Positions 18,920 to 29,286 of a stretch of 46,128 bases of DNA are shown in pieces. Position numbers and translations under genes: made by a program. The stretch spans positions 1-46,128 of the forward strand of contig JAITLB010000229.1 in NCBI GenBank assembly GCA_031278175.1, given 5' to 3'. This DNA is from Christensenellaceae bacterium. GTDB lineage: Bacteria > Bacillota > Clostridia > Christensenellales > DTU072. The notes under the pieces are model-generated. The model was given only the letters and a program-made list of their open reading frames with translations, ran no database searches and was not told where the DNA came from. How positions within the stretch are numbered: position 1 is the stretch's first letter; every line of letters starts with the position of its first letter.

Positions 18920-19999
18920 TTACGATATCACACCACCACCAAGGCATATATCTTGACTGTAAGCCACAGCAAATTGTCCTGGGGTGACGGCGCGGACGGG
19001 TGTATCAAAGACAAAGCGCAGAGTGTTGCGCGTGGCTGTAGTATAAGCGGTAGCGGGTACTAAAGGTTGGCGGTGTCTTGTTCTTACTAAAATGCGCGAA
19101 CCGTCTGATATCGTAGAATTGATGTAATTGAAATCTTTTGCAATAAGTTGGGAGGAGAAGAGTTCAGGACATTCGCCTTGATTAACGTAGAGGATATTGT
19201 TTTCAACGTCTTTTTTGACAACAAAGTATGCTTCTCCCTCACCGCCACCAATTGATAATCCTTTTCGCTGTCCGATTGTATAATAGAAAACACCATTATG
19301 ATGTCCTAAAAGTTTGCCAGATAAGTCGCGTGTTTCGCCACGTTGCATCGGAATATAATTGGATAAAAATTTGCGGAAATTTCGTTCGCCGATGAAACAT
19401 ATACCAGTGCTGTCTTTTTTTTCAGCGGTAGCTAAACCGTGGATACGCGCAATTTCGCGCACCTGAGATTTGGTAAGTTGAGCTAGTGGGAATAATACAT
19501 TTTCTAGTTGAGCGACACTCAATTGATTTAAAAAATAGGTTTGGTCTTTGTTTTCATCTTTCGCTCTGACTAAATGTAAGCCATCCATGTCAGTTTTCAA
19601 GCCTGCGTAATGACCTGTTGCAATATAATCGGCATCTAATCTTGTAGCATATTCCTTGAAAGGTCCGAACTTTATTTCTCTATTACATAAAACATCTGGA
19701 TTGGGTGTGCGACCCGCCTTGTATTCTTCAACGAACAAATTAAAAACTCTAGTTTGATATTCGCTGCTGAGATCGATGGTATAGTAGGGTATATTCAGCA
19801 CTGAAGCGATACGGCGCACATCCGCAAAATCTTCTTCTGCCGTGCATGCGCCGTCTTCGGATGTTTCGTGCCAGTTGTGCATAAAAAGTCCAATAACATC
19901 GTTTCCTGCTTCTTTAAGAAGAAGAGCGACCACGGAACTATCTACACCTCCGCTCATGCCGACAACTATTCTTTTGCCATTTGGTAATGATAACATCAC
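18920..19999 (-). CDS. mnmA: tRNA 2-thiouridine(34) synthase
   Basis: GMSGGVDSS, GRTPNPDVLCNREIKF, ATGHY, KDQTYFL, DSTGICFIGE, TIGQRKG, VTPGQ. Confidence 0.97.
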   Translation of the reverse strand: MMLSLPNGKRIVVGMSGGVDSSVVALLLKEAGNDVIGLFMHNWHETSEDGACTAEEDFADVRRIASVLNIPYYTIDLSSEYQTRVFNLFVEEYKAGRTPNPDVLCNREIKFGPFKEYATRLDADYIATGHYAGLKTDMDGLHLVRAKDENKDQTYFLNQLSVAQLENVLFPLAQLTKSQVREIARIHGLATAEKKDSTGICFIGERNFRKFLSNYIPMQRGETRDLSGKLLGHHNGVFYYTIGQRKGLSIGGGEGEAYFVVKKDVENNILYVNQGECPELFSSQLIAKDFNYINSTISDGSRILVRTRHRQPLVPATAYTTATRNTLRFVFDTPVRAVTPGQFAVAYSQDICLGGGVIS

Positions 20000-20174
20000 T
20001 AATTCCCTTTCTAAAAATATATGGATGGATTTGCGCTTATTATACTACTAGTGTTTGCAAATCCTTCTATTGCTAAAAGCTGTACTTTTAGCAATGGGGC
20101 GGGTGCTACAAATTGACTTAGACTGCATTGCAAGACAAGTGCGCAATGCCTGTTTAAGCAGAGTGTTAATTTTA

Positions 20175-20251
20175 TGGTGTACCCGACAGGGATCGAACCT
20201 GCAACCTACAGCGTCGGAGGCTGTTACTCTATCCAATTGCGCTACGGGTAC
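20175..20251 (-). tRNA. tRNA-Arg (anticodon CCG)
   Basis: 77-nt cloverleaf GTACCCG..CGGGTAC-A-CCA; anticodon arm ACAGC-CTCCGAC-GCTGT; T-loop TTCGATC. Confidence 0.95.
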
Positions 20252-20715
20252 ATAGTTTTGATATTAAACGCTAGTAAATAATTTAAGTACATTTTCGTAT
20301 GCAAACTAAAGATTTTTCCAAACAAAGAAAGTTTACTAAAGCAAAATTACAAACCAGGTGCGCACTTTACTATTAAGGCTAAAGCTTGCTTTGTGCACAA
20401 ACCACTTAGTGCCGATCCAGCGTGTGCTTAAGAGCGGTAGCTAAATTTAAACAATTTGCTACAAGTAAAATGCGTTATTCTAGTAGTTAGTAAGCACCAG
20501 ATTTAGACATCTCGATAGTTTTAGCAAACTTTTACTATTTAACTATCGCGTGATAGAGCACTATCTGGATTTTCTCACACCACGTTAATAGTCAAGTCTT
20601 AGATAAATATATCTAAGCACACTTGCTTGAGGTAGTAATATATTTAAGCAATATTTTCATGCCCACAATCGCAGTCTATTTGACAATATAGCGCAATAAA
20701 CAGTTTATGCGCATT

Positions 20716-21129
20716 TTATGAGAACGGTCGTCCTTGCTTGATGCTGTCTAATATCTTGCGTCTCAACCTAAAAATAGTAAGTGCAGAAACACCGATCCTA
20801 GCTGCGCTTTTTTTAAGAGAAACACCGTTTAAAGTGTCCTCTATCGCCATGCGCCATGTTGCATCAGTTAAATGAGAACCATGTCTAGTTGTAAGTCTCG
20901 TTGCACTAAATGACTTATGACATTCCTTGCAAAGAAAACGTTGTTTATTAGTCATCACACCGTTTTTCACTAAGTTCTCTGAATTGCAATATGGGCATTT
21001 GTGTATTTCACCAACGGTGATGTCATCCTTAACATCTGGCATTGTCTTTAAAAGTGTCAGTGCTGTTATTATTTGATCGCGACTATACTTAGACAGCAAT
21101 AAAAGTAGTTCTTTCATCATCTCAATCAT
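20716..21129 (-). mobile_element. IS1595/IS1-like transposase N-terminal part only (Zn ribbon + HTH, no DDE domain)
   Basis: CPYCNS..KNG..QRFLCKECHKSF followed by SLKKSAARIGVS..TIFRLRRKIL; stops at 137 aa. Confidence 0.65.
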
Positions 21130-21338
21130 GGTAGTTTCTCCATTCGGTAGATCATATTAATTATATCATATATCTCAATATATGAGCTTAATAGGACAAT
21201 GTTTTTAGTATGACGCACTCACTTAATTTTTACGATATTAGCTTAGCAAGCAATTGGGATACTTGCTTTTTATAAGTAGTCTAATATTAAATATTATCCC
21301 GCCACGCAAAAAAGCGCATCTTTGAAGTGAGTGACTAA

Positions 21339-22991
21339 CTAGAACAGTCCTGTTATATTCGCAGAACTGTCTATTTGCATATTAGTGGCAGCAGGAATTG
21401 CGGGTAACCCAGGCATTAGCATTATATCACCTGCAACCGCTACAAGGAAGCCTGCGCCCGCTCGTAATTGCACATCTCTTACATTGAAGTCGAATCCTAG
21501 CGGTCTGCCCAGCAGTTTAGGGTTTTGTGAGAACGAATATTGAGTTTTTGCAATACAAACTGGATAGTGTTCATATTTAGTGCCTACTAACAAATCGAGA
21601 GATTCATTTGCTTTTTGCTCAAACAATACATTTTTTGCTCCATATATCTTTGTTGCAACAGCGGTGATTTTTTCTCTAGGAGATGTGTTAAGCTCATACG
21701 CAAATTTCAATGGTGCGCTTGCCGCATCTGCTCTCTTTATAATTTCTTCGGCTAATTCAAGACATCCTAACCCACCGTGCGCCCAGCATTCAGTAGTAAT
21801 AGCGACAGCCCCAGCATTTTTAGCATATTCTTTTATAACATCAATTTCTTCAAGAGTGTCGATATTAAATTTGTTAATAGCGACAACGGGGTTAACTCCA
21901 AATACGTTAATGAGGTTTTTGATATGCCCACCAAGGTTTTCTAGACCAGCTAACAATTCACTCATACCTGTGCCTTTTGAATCCTTAGTGAACCCCCCAT
22001 TATATTTTAGGGCGCGAACAGTAGCAACTAATACTACACTAGCAGGTTGTATACCTGCAAGCCTGCATTTAATATCAAAGAATTTCTCCGCCCCGAGGTC
22101 AGCACCAAATCCAGCTTCTGTTATTGTATACTCAGAACAGAGCATCGACAGTCTAGTTGCTCTAATGCTGTTACAACCATGTGCTATATTAGCAAATGGT
22201 CCACCATGAATAATAGCAGGAGTGCCTTCCAGTGTTTGAACGAGATTTGGGTAAATTGCATCTTTTAATAGAATTGTCGCTGCACTTTCGCCGTTTAAGT
22301 CTGCCACTGTTATTGGATTATTATCATGATCGTATGCAACTACTATATTTGCTATACGTTGCTTTAGATCCATCAAATTCTCAGACAAGCAAAGTGTTGC
22401 CATCATTTCTGAAGCGGCTGTTATGTTGAAACCGTCCTGCCTTGGTGTTCCGTTTATTTTTCCACCTAATGCACAAGTTATTTCTCTGAGTGCGCGATCG
22501 TTGAGATCTACGCATCGTCTCCACACTATGCGACCGATATCTATATTTGCAGTTCCATGTTTTATTGCATTATCTATCAAAGAAGATATCAAATTGTTTG
22601 CAGAAGTGATAGCATGGAAATCACCATTAAAATGCAAATTAATATCTTCCATAGGCGCAACTTGTGCGTAGCCACCACCTGTAGCACCGCCCTTGATTCC
22701 AAACACTGGTCCTAGTGATGGTTCTCGAAGAGCAAGAGAGACTTTTTTACCTAGTCTTGATATGCCATCGGCTAAGCCTATTGAAACAGTGGTTTTGCCT
22801 TCACCAAATGGTGTAGGGTTTACAGCTGTGACGAGTATAACTTTGCCACTCACCTCACCAGTTGGTTCCCTTGTGATCTTAGCTTTATACTTTCCATATG
22901 GCTCAATGTGTTCATCGCCTATGCCTAGGCGATTGGCAATTAAAGTTATGTTAGACAATTTAGTGTTTCTTGCAATTTCTATATCGCTCAT
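21339..22991 (-). CDS. fhs: Formate--tetrahydrofolate ligase
   Basis: TPFGEGKTT, LREPSLGPVFGIKGGATGGG, HGGPFANIAHG, TEAGFGADLG, KTQYSFS. Confidence 0.97.
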   Translation of the reverse strand: MSDIEIARNTKLSNITLIANRLGIGDEHIEPYGKYKAKITREPTGEVSGKVILVTAVNPTPFGEGKTTVSIGLADGISRLGKKVSLALREPSLGPVFGIKGGATGGGYAQVAPMEDINLHFNGDFHAITSANNLISSLIDNAIKHGTANIDIGRIVWRRCVDLNDRALREITCALGGKINGTPRQDGFNITAASEMMATLCLSENLMDLKQRIANIVVAYDHDNNPITVADLNGESAATILLKDAIYPNLVQTLEGTPAIIHGGPFANIAHGCNSIRATRLSMLCSEYTITEAGFGADLGAEKFFDIKCRLAGIQPASVVLVATVRALKYNGGFTKDSKGTGMSELLAGLENLGGHIKNLINVFGVNPVVAINKFNIDTLEEIDVIKEYAKNAGAVAITTECWAHGGLGCLELAEEIIKRADAASAPLKFAYELNTSPREKITAVATKIYGAKNVLFEQKANESLDLLVGTKYEHYPVCIAKTQYSFSQNPKLLGRPLGFDFNVRDVQLRAGAGFLVAVAGDIMLMPGLPAIPAATNMQIDSSANITGLF

Positions 22992-23034
22992 TATACTAAC
23001 TCCAAAAATAGTGTAGCAACACTTAGTTTAATAC

Positions 23035-24675
23035 TTAATCTTTTCGAATATCTTTTCTTTTAATTTTTCCGCTCACTGTTTTAGGCAGACTGGTTACAAA
23101 GTCGATAATGCGTGGGTACTTGTATGGTGCAGTGGCTTTTTTGACGTGCTCTTGCAATTCCTTTTTAAGAGCGTCACTGGGTTCATAACCATTAGCTAAT
23201 ACAATAGTAGCTTTAACAATTTGACCACGTAATGGGTCAGGTGTACCTGTAATCGCACATTCTAAAACAGCGGGGTGTTCTTGCAATGCGCTTTCAACTT
23301 CAAATGGTCCGATCCTGTAACCGCTAGACTTTATGATATCGTCTTTTCGCCCTACAAACCAGAAATACCCGTCCCTGTCACGATAAGCAAGATCGCCAGT
23401 AGCGTATTCACCATAATAGAGTGCTTCGGCTGTCTTTTTATCGTCTTTATGATAACCGATTAACAACCCAAATTGATTTTCCTTAAGTTTGATTACTATT
23501 TCGCCTTCCTTTGTTTGATCGGTGACATCGGTGTCCCCATCATATAAATGAATGTCATAGATAGGTGCAGGCAACCCGATGCTCCCTGGTTTAGGTTCGC
23601 AGTATCTAAAAGTTGCAAGGATAACGGCACTCTCCGATTGCCCGAAACCTTCGCGGATAGATATACCAGTAGTTTTTTTAAAGAGCCTGAAAACTTCGGG
23701 GTTAAGTGGTTCACCTGCCGTAGTACAACTGACAAGTGATGAGAAGTCATATTTGCTTAAATCTTCGCGGATGAGAAAACGGTAAATTGTTGGAGGTGCG
23801 CAAAAGGTTGTTATTTTATATTTTGAAATCAAAGGCAGTACATCTGTTGGTGTAAATCGGCCATAGTAGTCATAGCAAAAAACAGCTGAGCCAGCAATCC
23901 ATTGCCCGTATATTTTACCCCAACTAAACTTTGCCCAACCTGTTTCTGCCATTGTGAAATGAAGCCCGTCATCTAGAACAGCTTGCCAAAAATACGCAGT
24001 CATGATATGCCCTAGTGGGTATTTGTAACTGTGTGCTACCATTTTAGGATAACCCGTAGTGCCAGATGTAAAATAAACTAACATTTTATCATCCAACTGT
24101 GGTTTGTCGGTGACCAGTAGTTTGCTAGAACAGTTTGAAATTTCATCATGGAAATTGAGGAATCCACTAGCATCACCTATACTAAACAAGTATTGTAAGG
24201 ATGGGAGATTTGCCTTGGCTTCCAGTATAGCTTCATTTACAGGTTTTTCATTTGTTGCGATAATTGCCTTAACGTCAGCGCTAATACATCGATACTCAAT
24301 ATCCTTATGTGTTAAAAGACATGTGGCTGGTATTATAATAACACCTATCTTGCATAATGCCATAGCAACTATGTAGTATTCATAACGTCTGTTTAGCATA
24401 GTCATTACGAAGTCGCCTTTTTTGAAACCTTTTGCTAAAAACATGTTAGCAGTCATATTAGAGATACGTGATAATTCTCCAAATGAAAGTATTTTTTCGT
24501 TTGAAGAATCATCGCACCACACTAACGCTCTTTTATCAGGCGCTAGTTCTGCGTATTTATCGACAATATCATAGGCGAAATTGAATTCTTGTACGTCGTT
24601 CAACCTAGCGTTTTTAGAAAAATCGTCATAATCTATAAACTCAGTTCGATTGACGTATTTAGAGAGTAAATTCAT
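23035..24675 (-). CDS. AMP-forming short/medium-chain acyl-CoA synthetase
   Basis: YFTSGTTGYPK, AGEPLNPE, EGFGQSE, TGD, GRKDDIIKSSGYRIGPFEVE, LPKTVSGKI. Confidence 0.9.
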   Translation of the reverse strand: MNLLSKYVNRTEFIDYDDFSKNARLNDVQEFNFAYDIVDKYAELAPDKRALVWCDDSSNEKILSFGELSRISNMTANMFLAKGFKKGDFVMTMLNRRYEYYIVAMALCKIGVIIIPATCLLTHKDIEYRCISADVKAIIATNEKPVNEAILEAKANLPSLQYLFSIGDASGFLNFHDEISNCSSKLLVTDKPQLDDKMLVYFTSGTTGYPKMVAHSYKYPLGHIMTAYFWQAVLDDGLHFTMAETGWAKFSWGKIYGQWIAGSAVFCYDYYGRFTPTDVLPLISKYKITTFCAPPTIYRFLIREDLSKYDFSSLVSCTTAGEPLNPEVFRLFKKTTGISIREGFGQSESAVILATFRYCEPKPGSIGLPAPIYDIHLYDGDTDVTDQTKEGEIVIKLKENQFGLLIGYHKDDKKTAEALYYGEYATGDLAYRDRDGYFWFVGRKDDIIKSSGYRIGPFEVESALQEHPAVLECAITGTPDPLRGQIVKATIVLANGYEPSDALKKELQEHVKKATAPYKYPRIIDFVTSLPKTVSGKIKRKDIRKD

Positions 24676-25357
24676 TCATTTTAATTCCTTAAACAAGTGT
24701 GCTAAATTGCTTACAATAGGGCGCATTGTTAATTTGTTGTCAATTAGCATAGTCCGTATTGAGCAAAACAATCAAGTTGTGATTGACTAGTAACGCGCGC
24801 AATGTCACGCGCTAAAACTAGCGGTAATGCTGTAGCATATGACGAATGCAATTCCACAAAACCAATAATCTCTATATTATTTTATATTATTTTATCATAG
24901 TTTTGCAATTGTTTTACGCAAGTTTAGCTAATTTGTGCTTGCCACGATAGCAATAGCGCGGGTGAATCCAATATAAACTAATTAATACTTGAGAATAAGC
25001 GCGTTTTATAATAAGCAAAAACAGAAAAGATAATCTTCTGCTTTGAGGTTGCAAAAGTTAAATACAAGCTGAAAAAATAACAAGTTTGCTTTTGAATATG
25101 AATTTTATATATTCAACTAAATAAAGAGATAGTTAAATAGTGATGACACATGCAAGAAAGCATTTCGGGAGTGTCGCGCCGTGTCAGCACAAAATGCCAG
25201 CAAATTAGGTTTGTCTTGCGACTATATAGAGCGTTAATAAATGGAATACAGGAAATGAATATTACAAAATATTTTTTGGATGCGCGTTGCTTACAAATAC
25301 TAAAGTGGTTGAAAGAGAAAAGAAAATGTGTAACAAGAGATTAGCAATTTTAAAAAG

Positions 25358-25432
25358 TGGAGCGGAAAACGGGATTCGAACCCGCAACAACTGCCTTGGG
25401 AAGGCAGGACTCTACCATTGAGCTATTTCCGC
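25358..25432 (-). tRNA. tRNA-Gly (anticodon CCC)
   Basis: 75-nt cloverleaf GCGGAAA..TTTCCGC-T-CCA; anticodon arm CTGCC-TTCCCAA-GGCAG; upstream TTGATA-17-TATTAT promoter. Confidence 0.95.
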
Positions 25433-26570
25433 GTATCGTATAATATAATACAGCATTTAGCTAAAAATATCAAGAGTTTTTAAGCATGTAACCCGCAGTT
25501 TGCTAGATTTGAAGATTTACCATACCTCGCTGTGCGCAGGAGGAGATATTTTTATACGACTACTAGCGCCACACGCCTCCACTGCGCTGCGGCACTATCA
25601 ATGTGATCACTTTGCAAATTCAAATACTAGACTCAAGGGGGACATGCCTTTAGAAGTTAATAGAAAGTTAGCACCACTATTGACTAGATAAGATACCATT
25701 TCTTTGTGTGTGGTTTGTAATTGCAGGTTATTAAAGTAGTTAGAGCAGTTGTGCATCAGCGTAAAATTTAGCGCGGGGGATGGAAAACTGATTTTTGCTT
25801 GATAGATTAGAATGTTAATTAAGCACTAGGCAATGCATGCGCAATACACCAGTGGCAAATTAAATTGCTAGGACACACAGCGTCTAGATGTAAATTCAAT
25901 TAGCTATTTAAGACGCATATAAAGCCCGACACGCGATGACTTGTCGCAGGGCGATAATCTAAGCGATGGAATTGTTCTTGGTGCGCTACGGGCGCTATTT
26001 GCAAAACTCAAGGTTGATGGTGCTAAACGTGTGCCTCGCCTTGTTGTAGTGATTTTAAAGAAAGAGAGGCGGGAAAATTTAGCATACGTCCATCTAGAGC
26101 TGACCTCTAATATTCTGGTGTTTGTGGACTGAATGTGCTGTGCGGGCAGCATATTAACTTTAAACGTAGATAGAAAGTATAAGCTTTTTGCGCATCTTGT
26201 GGTTATGATTTTCTCAAGACAGCTTAACGGGTTGAGAGCAAAACGGGTAAATCAGGGTGTTGCTAGATTTGGCAATTTAAAAGCGCACTTTGATGTAAAC
26301 AGAAATAAAGCTGAATTTAAAAGAGGTGTGATTTAGTGTAATTGCTTATTGAGATGATATAGCGCTGAGGCACTCAATTATAATGTTAACCAGGCATGCT
26401 AGTTTACTCTAAGGTAAGCGAATGTTTTTTGATTTAAATGGTTAGTAATGCTTAATAGAGATTTCAAATTTTATATTAATGGCAATAGATGGTGCGGTAT
26501 TAAATGAAATAGAAGATGAGAGATTTATTTTATTAACGAAAAAAGGGGTTTAGAAAGACAGTTGCGGATG

Positions 26571-27140
26571 TTATTTAATATGAGACACAACGATGCCAGG
26601 TTTTCCATCTGCTACGCAATTAGATGGAATGCTTTTAGTTATTAAACTCCCAGCACAAATAACACTGTTTTTACCAATAGTAACACCTGGCAAAATAGTT
26701 GCATTTGCACCGATTAAAACATTATCCTCTATGACGATTGGAAAGCCAAAAGCGACACTGTCAAGTCTTGTGGTTGGATCAAGGGGGTGACCCACTGCAC
26801 AAAGGGTAACATTGGGACCTAATATGACGTTGCATCCAATATGTATTTCACAATCGTCAACTAGTGTTAGACTATAACTTGCATAACAGTTATCACCCCA
26901 ATATGTATTTATCCCCCAGTTGGCATATAAAGGAGCGAGTATATTGAGGTTTTGACCGACCGCGCCGAAAAGAGTTTTTAATATTTTTTGCTTTGCGTGG
27001 TGTCTTGCTGGATGAGTTTTATTGTATTTGTGAACTAAAGCGATGTATTCTTGCTGTGTCTCAATAAAGGTTTCATCAAAGCGATAGAGTCTGCCGCTAG
27101 TAGCATAGTCCCTAAATTTTTCGCGGAGTTCTTTTTGCAT
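26571..27140 (-). CDS. Sugar O-acetyltransferase (Maa/LacA family), diverged paralog
   Basis: Hexapeptide repeats; GPNVTLCAVGHP; ILPGVTIGKNSVI. Confidence 0.85.
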   Translation of the reverse strand: MQKELREKFRDYATSGRLYRFDETFIETQQEYIALVHKYNKTHPARHHAKQKILKTLFGAVGQNLNILAPLYANWGINTYWGDNCYASYSLTLVDDCEIHIGCNVILGPNVTLCAVGHPLDPTTRLDSVAFGFPIVIEDNVLIGANATILPGVTIGKNSVICAGSLITKSIPSNCVADGKPGIVVSHIK

Positions 27141-27191
27141 ATAAAGAGTTTATCTATTTTATAAAGAAATAGCAAAGGTGCTATTATCGGG

Positions 27192-27839
27192 TTAATGCTT
27201 TCCAGATGTTTTAAATGATCCGATGTCTTTTATTTCTCGGCCTTTGGAATAGTATTGCCTGTCATACTCTCCAATTTCTCTTACAAATTTGCAAGGACTA
27301 CCTAGTGCTAAGCAGTTTGGAGGGAGATCTTTAGTAACTAAACTGCCAGCACCAACGACTGTGTTGTCTCCGATCTTAACGCCAGGCATAACAGTGACAT
27401 TTGCGCCGAGCCAAACCCCGTTACCAATTTCTATAGGAAATCCAAATTGTGCTACTTTGGGAAATCTAAGAGAGGGGTCAATGGGATGTCCGACAGTGCA
27501 GAGTGTAACGTTAGGACCGAACATGACGTTGTTTCCAATATGTATTTCGCAGTCGTCAACTAGTGTAAGAGAAAAATTTGCATAGCAGTTATCACCCCAA
27601 TAAGTATTAATTCCCCAATTTGCATAAAACGGTGCTTCAATATATAGTTTCTTACCAACTGATCCAAATATGCGTTGTAGCAAAAATCGTTTTGTCAAAA
27701 AGCGGTAGGGATGTACTCTATTGTAGTGATGAACCATTGCCATATATTTCTGTTGCGCACGAATAAAAGTTGTATCACAAAAATACAGATTACCACTGGT
27801 GGCAGATTCTTTTAGTCTTTCTCTAAGTTTCTTATTCAT
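27192..27839 (-). CDS. Sugar O-acetyltransferase (Maa/LacA family)
   Basis: YANFSLTLVDD, GPNVTLCTVGHP, IGNGVWLG, VGAGSLVTKD, GSPC. Start placed at ATG 27839 by alignment with the paralog. Confidence 0.9.
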   Translation of the reverse strand: MNKKLRERLKESATSGNLYFCDTTFIRAQQKYMAMVHHYNRVHPYRFLTKRFLLQRIFGSVGKKLYIEAPFYANWGINTYWGDNCYANFSLTLVDDCEIHIGNNVMFGPNVTLCTVGHPIDPSLRFPKVAQFGFPIEIGNGVWLGANVTVMPGVKIGDNTVVGAGSLVTKDLPPNCLALGSPCKFVREIGEYDRQYYSKGREIKDIGSFKTSGKH

Positions 27840-27866
27840 AGTAAATGGAGGTTCCCAAAATAATAT

Positions 27867-27913
27867 AAAAATTGCTGCGACCGACAATTGCTTGCTTTGT
27901 GCCGATCGCAGCA
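27867..27913 (-). terminator. Intrinsic terminator after the membrane-protein pair
   Basis: 14-bp stem TGCTGCGATCGGCA/TGTCGGTCGCAGCA (2 G-U pairs) followed by ATTTTT on the minus strand. Confidence 0.7.
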
Positions 27914-27942
27914 GGGAAGTAAAATGAATCTAAATTGGGAAT

Positions 27943-29286
27943 TTATTGCGAATTGCGACTGTTATAGTCGTCAATCGAGGCATAATAACTTCGCATATAC
28001 GGACTATCGTCTACAACTTGTGGTCTATACGAGGTTGTTCCATATCCACTAGCAGTTGATTGAGCGGGTATTGGAATTCCTTTAGATCCTGAGAATGCAC
28101 CTTTTAGTGAGCGACCTTTGCCAACATATTGAGACTTTCGTATTATACCTATAGCTAAGCTAGAGATAGCGACAAAAACACCAAAAATGTAGAAAGCGTT
28201 TCTCAAAGGGAATATCGAAATAATAGCTACGATCAAATAATTGCTATCAAACCAAGCCATGCGTTTATAATCAAACACACCTCTAGTTTCGCTGTTAGGA
28301 ACAAGTTTAATTTGAATCACTCCAGTTTCAGCATTAATAAGTTTCATATCAATATAGATGGGCGCACCTAGCACGTTTTCATCTGCTAATGCAGTAGCCA
28401 AGGAAGCCATTATATCATCGATTGGAATGGTGCCCGTATAGTCTTCTGTGAAATAGCCTTCCGAAACAAACATAACAATACCCGTTAGATCGCCAAGTAA
28501 ATCATTTAGATTTAGGTCTAGACTCATTACATCTTGTTGCATGTCGAGAATTGCCCATTTTATAGGAGCATCTTTATTTTCCTCGCCTCTGCCCTCACCG
28601 ACATAATTGGTGAATGGTTTGCTGGGGGCAGCTCTCTCATCAAACAACAAGTGTATGAGAACGGGGATAGTAAGTCTACTACCGTCAGCTAAATTAATGA
28701 GTGGGCCAGGCCAATTTCTATAAGCATCATTGTCAATACTCTGAAATGACTCTTTTATTAACTTCTGAACATCTTCGTTTTGATACCCCTCGCTTCTGTA
28801 TGTCTCAGCCTTAGCGGGGTCTAAACGAGCATTAGCAATGTTCATCTCGATAAAATCGTGTAGCATTTCCGAGTGGAGATATGCTCGATCAGCATAGTCC
28901 TCTTCAAGATCGGAATAATGTATTGTGTTGCTCGTAGCACTTGATAGTATTGGTGGCAAGTATTTATCAAGAGCGAACCAAACACCTGTTGTTAGAATGA
29001 CACTTGCAATGACCAGCACCGTAGTACCAATATAGGCAGAGCGTGCCGTTTTCCTTCTTTTTGTGATCATTCCAGTTATTAGTGCAACAAGCAAGTATAA
29101 CAACCAAATTACAACCATAACAAGCAAACCTGCAAATACATATGGCATATAAGTAGTATTATCTGTGCCCACATTAGAATCATATATTACGAACATGCTT
29201 TGGTAGACGGTATATGCCATCAAAACAGGGAATCCTAATACATAAGCAAATACTTTAAGCCAAAACAGACCTTTTGATTTTTTCAT
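27943..29286 (-). CDS. Hypothetical membrane protein (3 N-terminal TM, large acidic domain, C-terminal TM)
   Basis: 447-aa ORF; hydropathy judged by eye; TAATG overlap with the upstream gene. Confidence 0.8.
   Translation of the reverse strand: MKKSKGLFWLKVFAYVLGFPVLMAYTVYQSMFVIYDSNVGTDNTTYMPYVFAGLLVMVVIWLLYLLVALITGMITKRRKTARSAYIGTTVLVIASVILTTGVWFALDKYLPPILSSATSNTIHYSDLEEDYADRAYLHSEMLHDFIEMNIANARLDPAKAETYRSEGYQNEDVQKLIKESFQSIDNDAYRNWPGPLINLADGSRLTIPVLIHLLFDERAAPSKPFTNYVGEGRGEENKDAPIKWAILDMQQDVMSLDLNLNDLLGDLTGIVMFVSEGYFTEDYTGTIPIDDIMASLATALADENVLGAPIYIDMKLINAETGVIQIKLVPNSETRGVFDYKRMAWFDSNYLIVAIISIFPLRNAFYIFGVFVAISSLAIGIIRKSQYVGKGRSLKGAFSGSKGIPIPAQSTASGYGTTSYRPQVVDDSPYMRSYYASIDDYNSRNSQ

Noticed and set aside
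20048-20255. Two short ORFs near mnmA
   Set aside because: They overlap tRNA-Arg and have no protein features.
21580-22209. Long antisense ORFs (here and opposite the MTase, bioB, hflX, purL-like and birA)
   Set aside because: Shadow frames of well-supported genes, with no RBS or motifs.
21339-24675. Wood-Ljungdahl cluster or ZTP/THF riboswitch at fhs
   Set aside because: The neighbour is an AMP-forming ligase, not CODH/ACS, and I found no riboswitch consensus upstream.
20175-25432. Integrative element bounded by the two tRNAs
   Set aside because: No duplicated tRNA 3' end or integrase seen, and the content is mainly housekeeping (fhs, acyl-CoA synthetase).
27840-27887. N-terminal extension of the acetyltransferase in the ORF track
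   Set aside because: It starts inside the terminator hairpin; the paralog aligns from ATG 27839.
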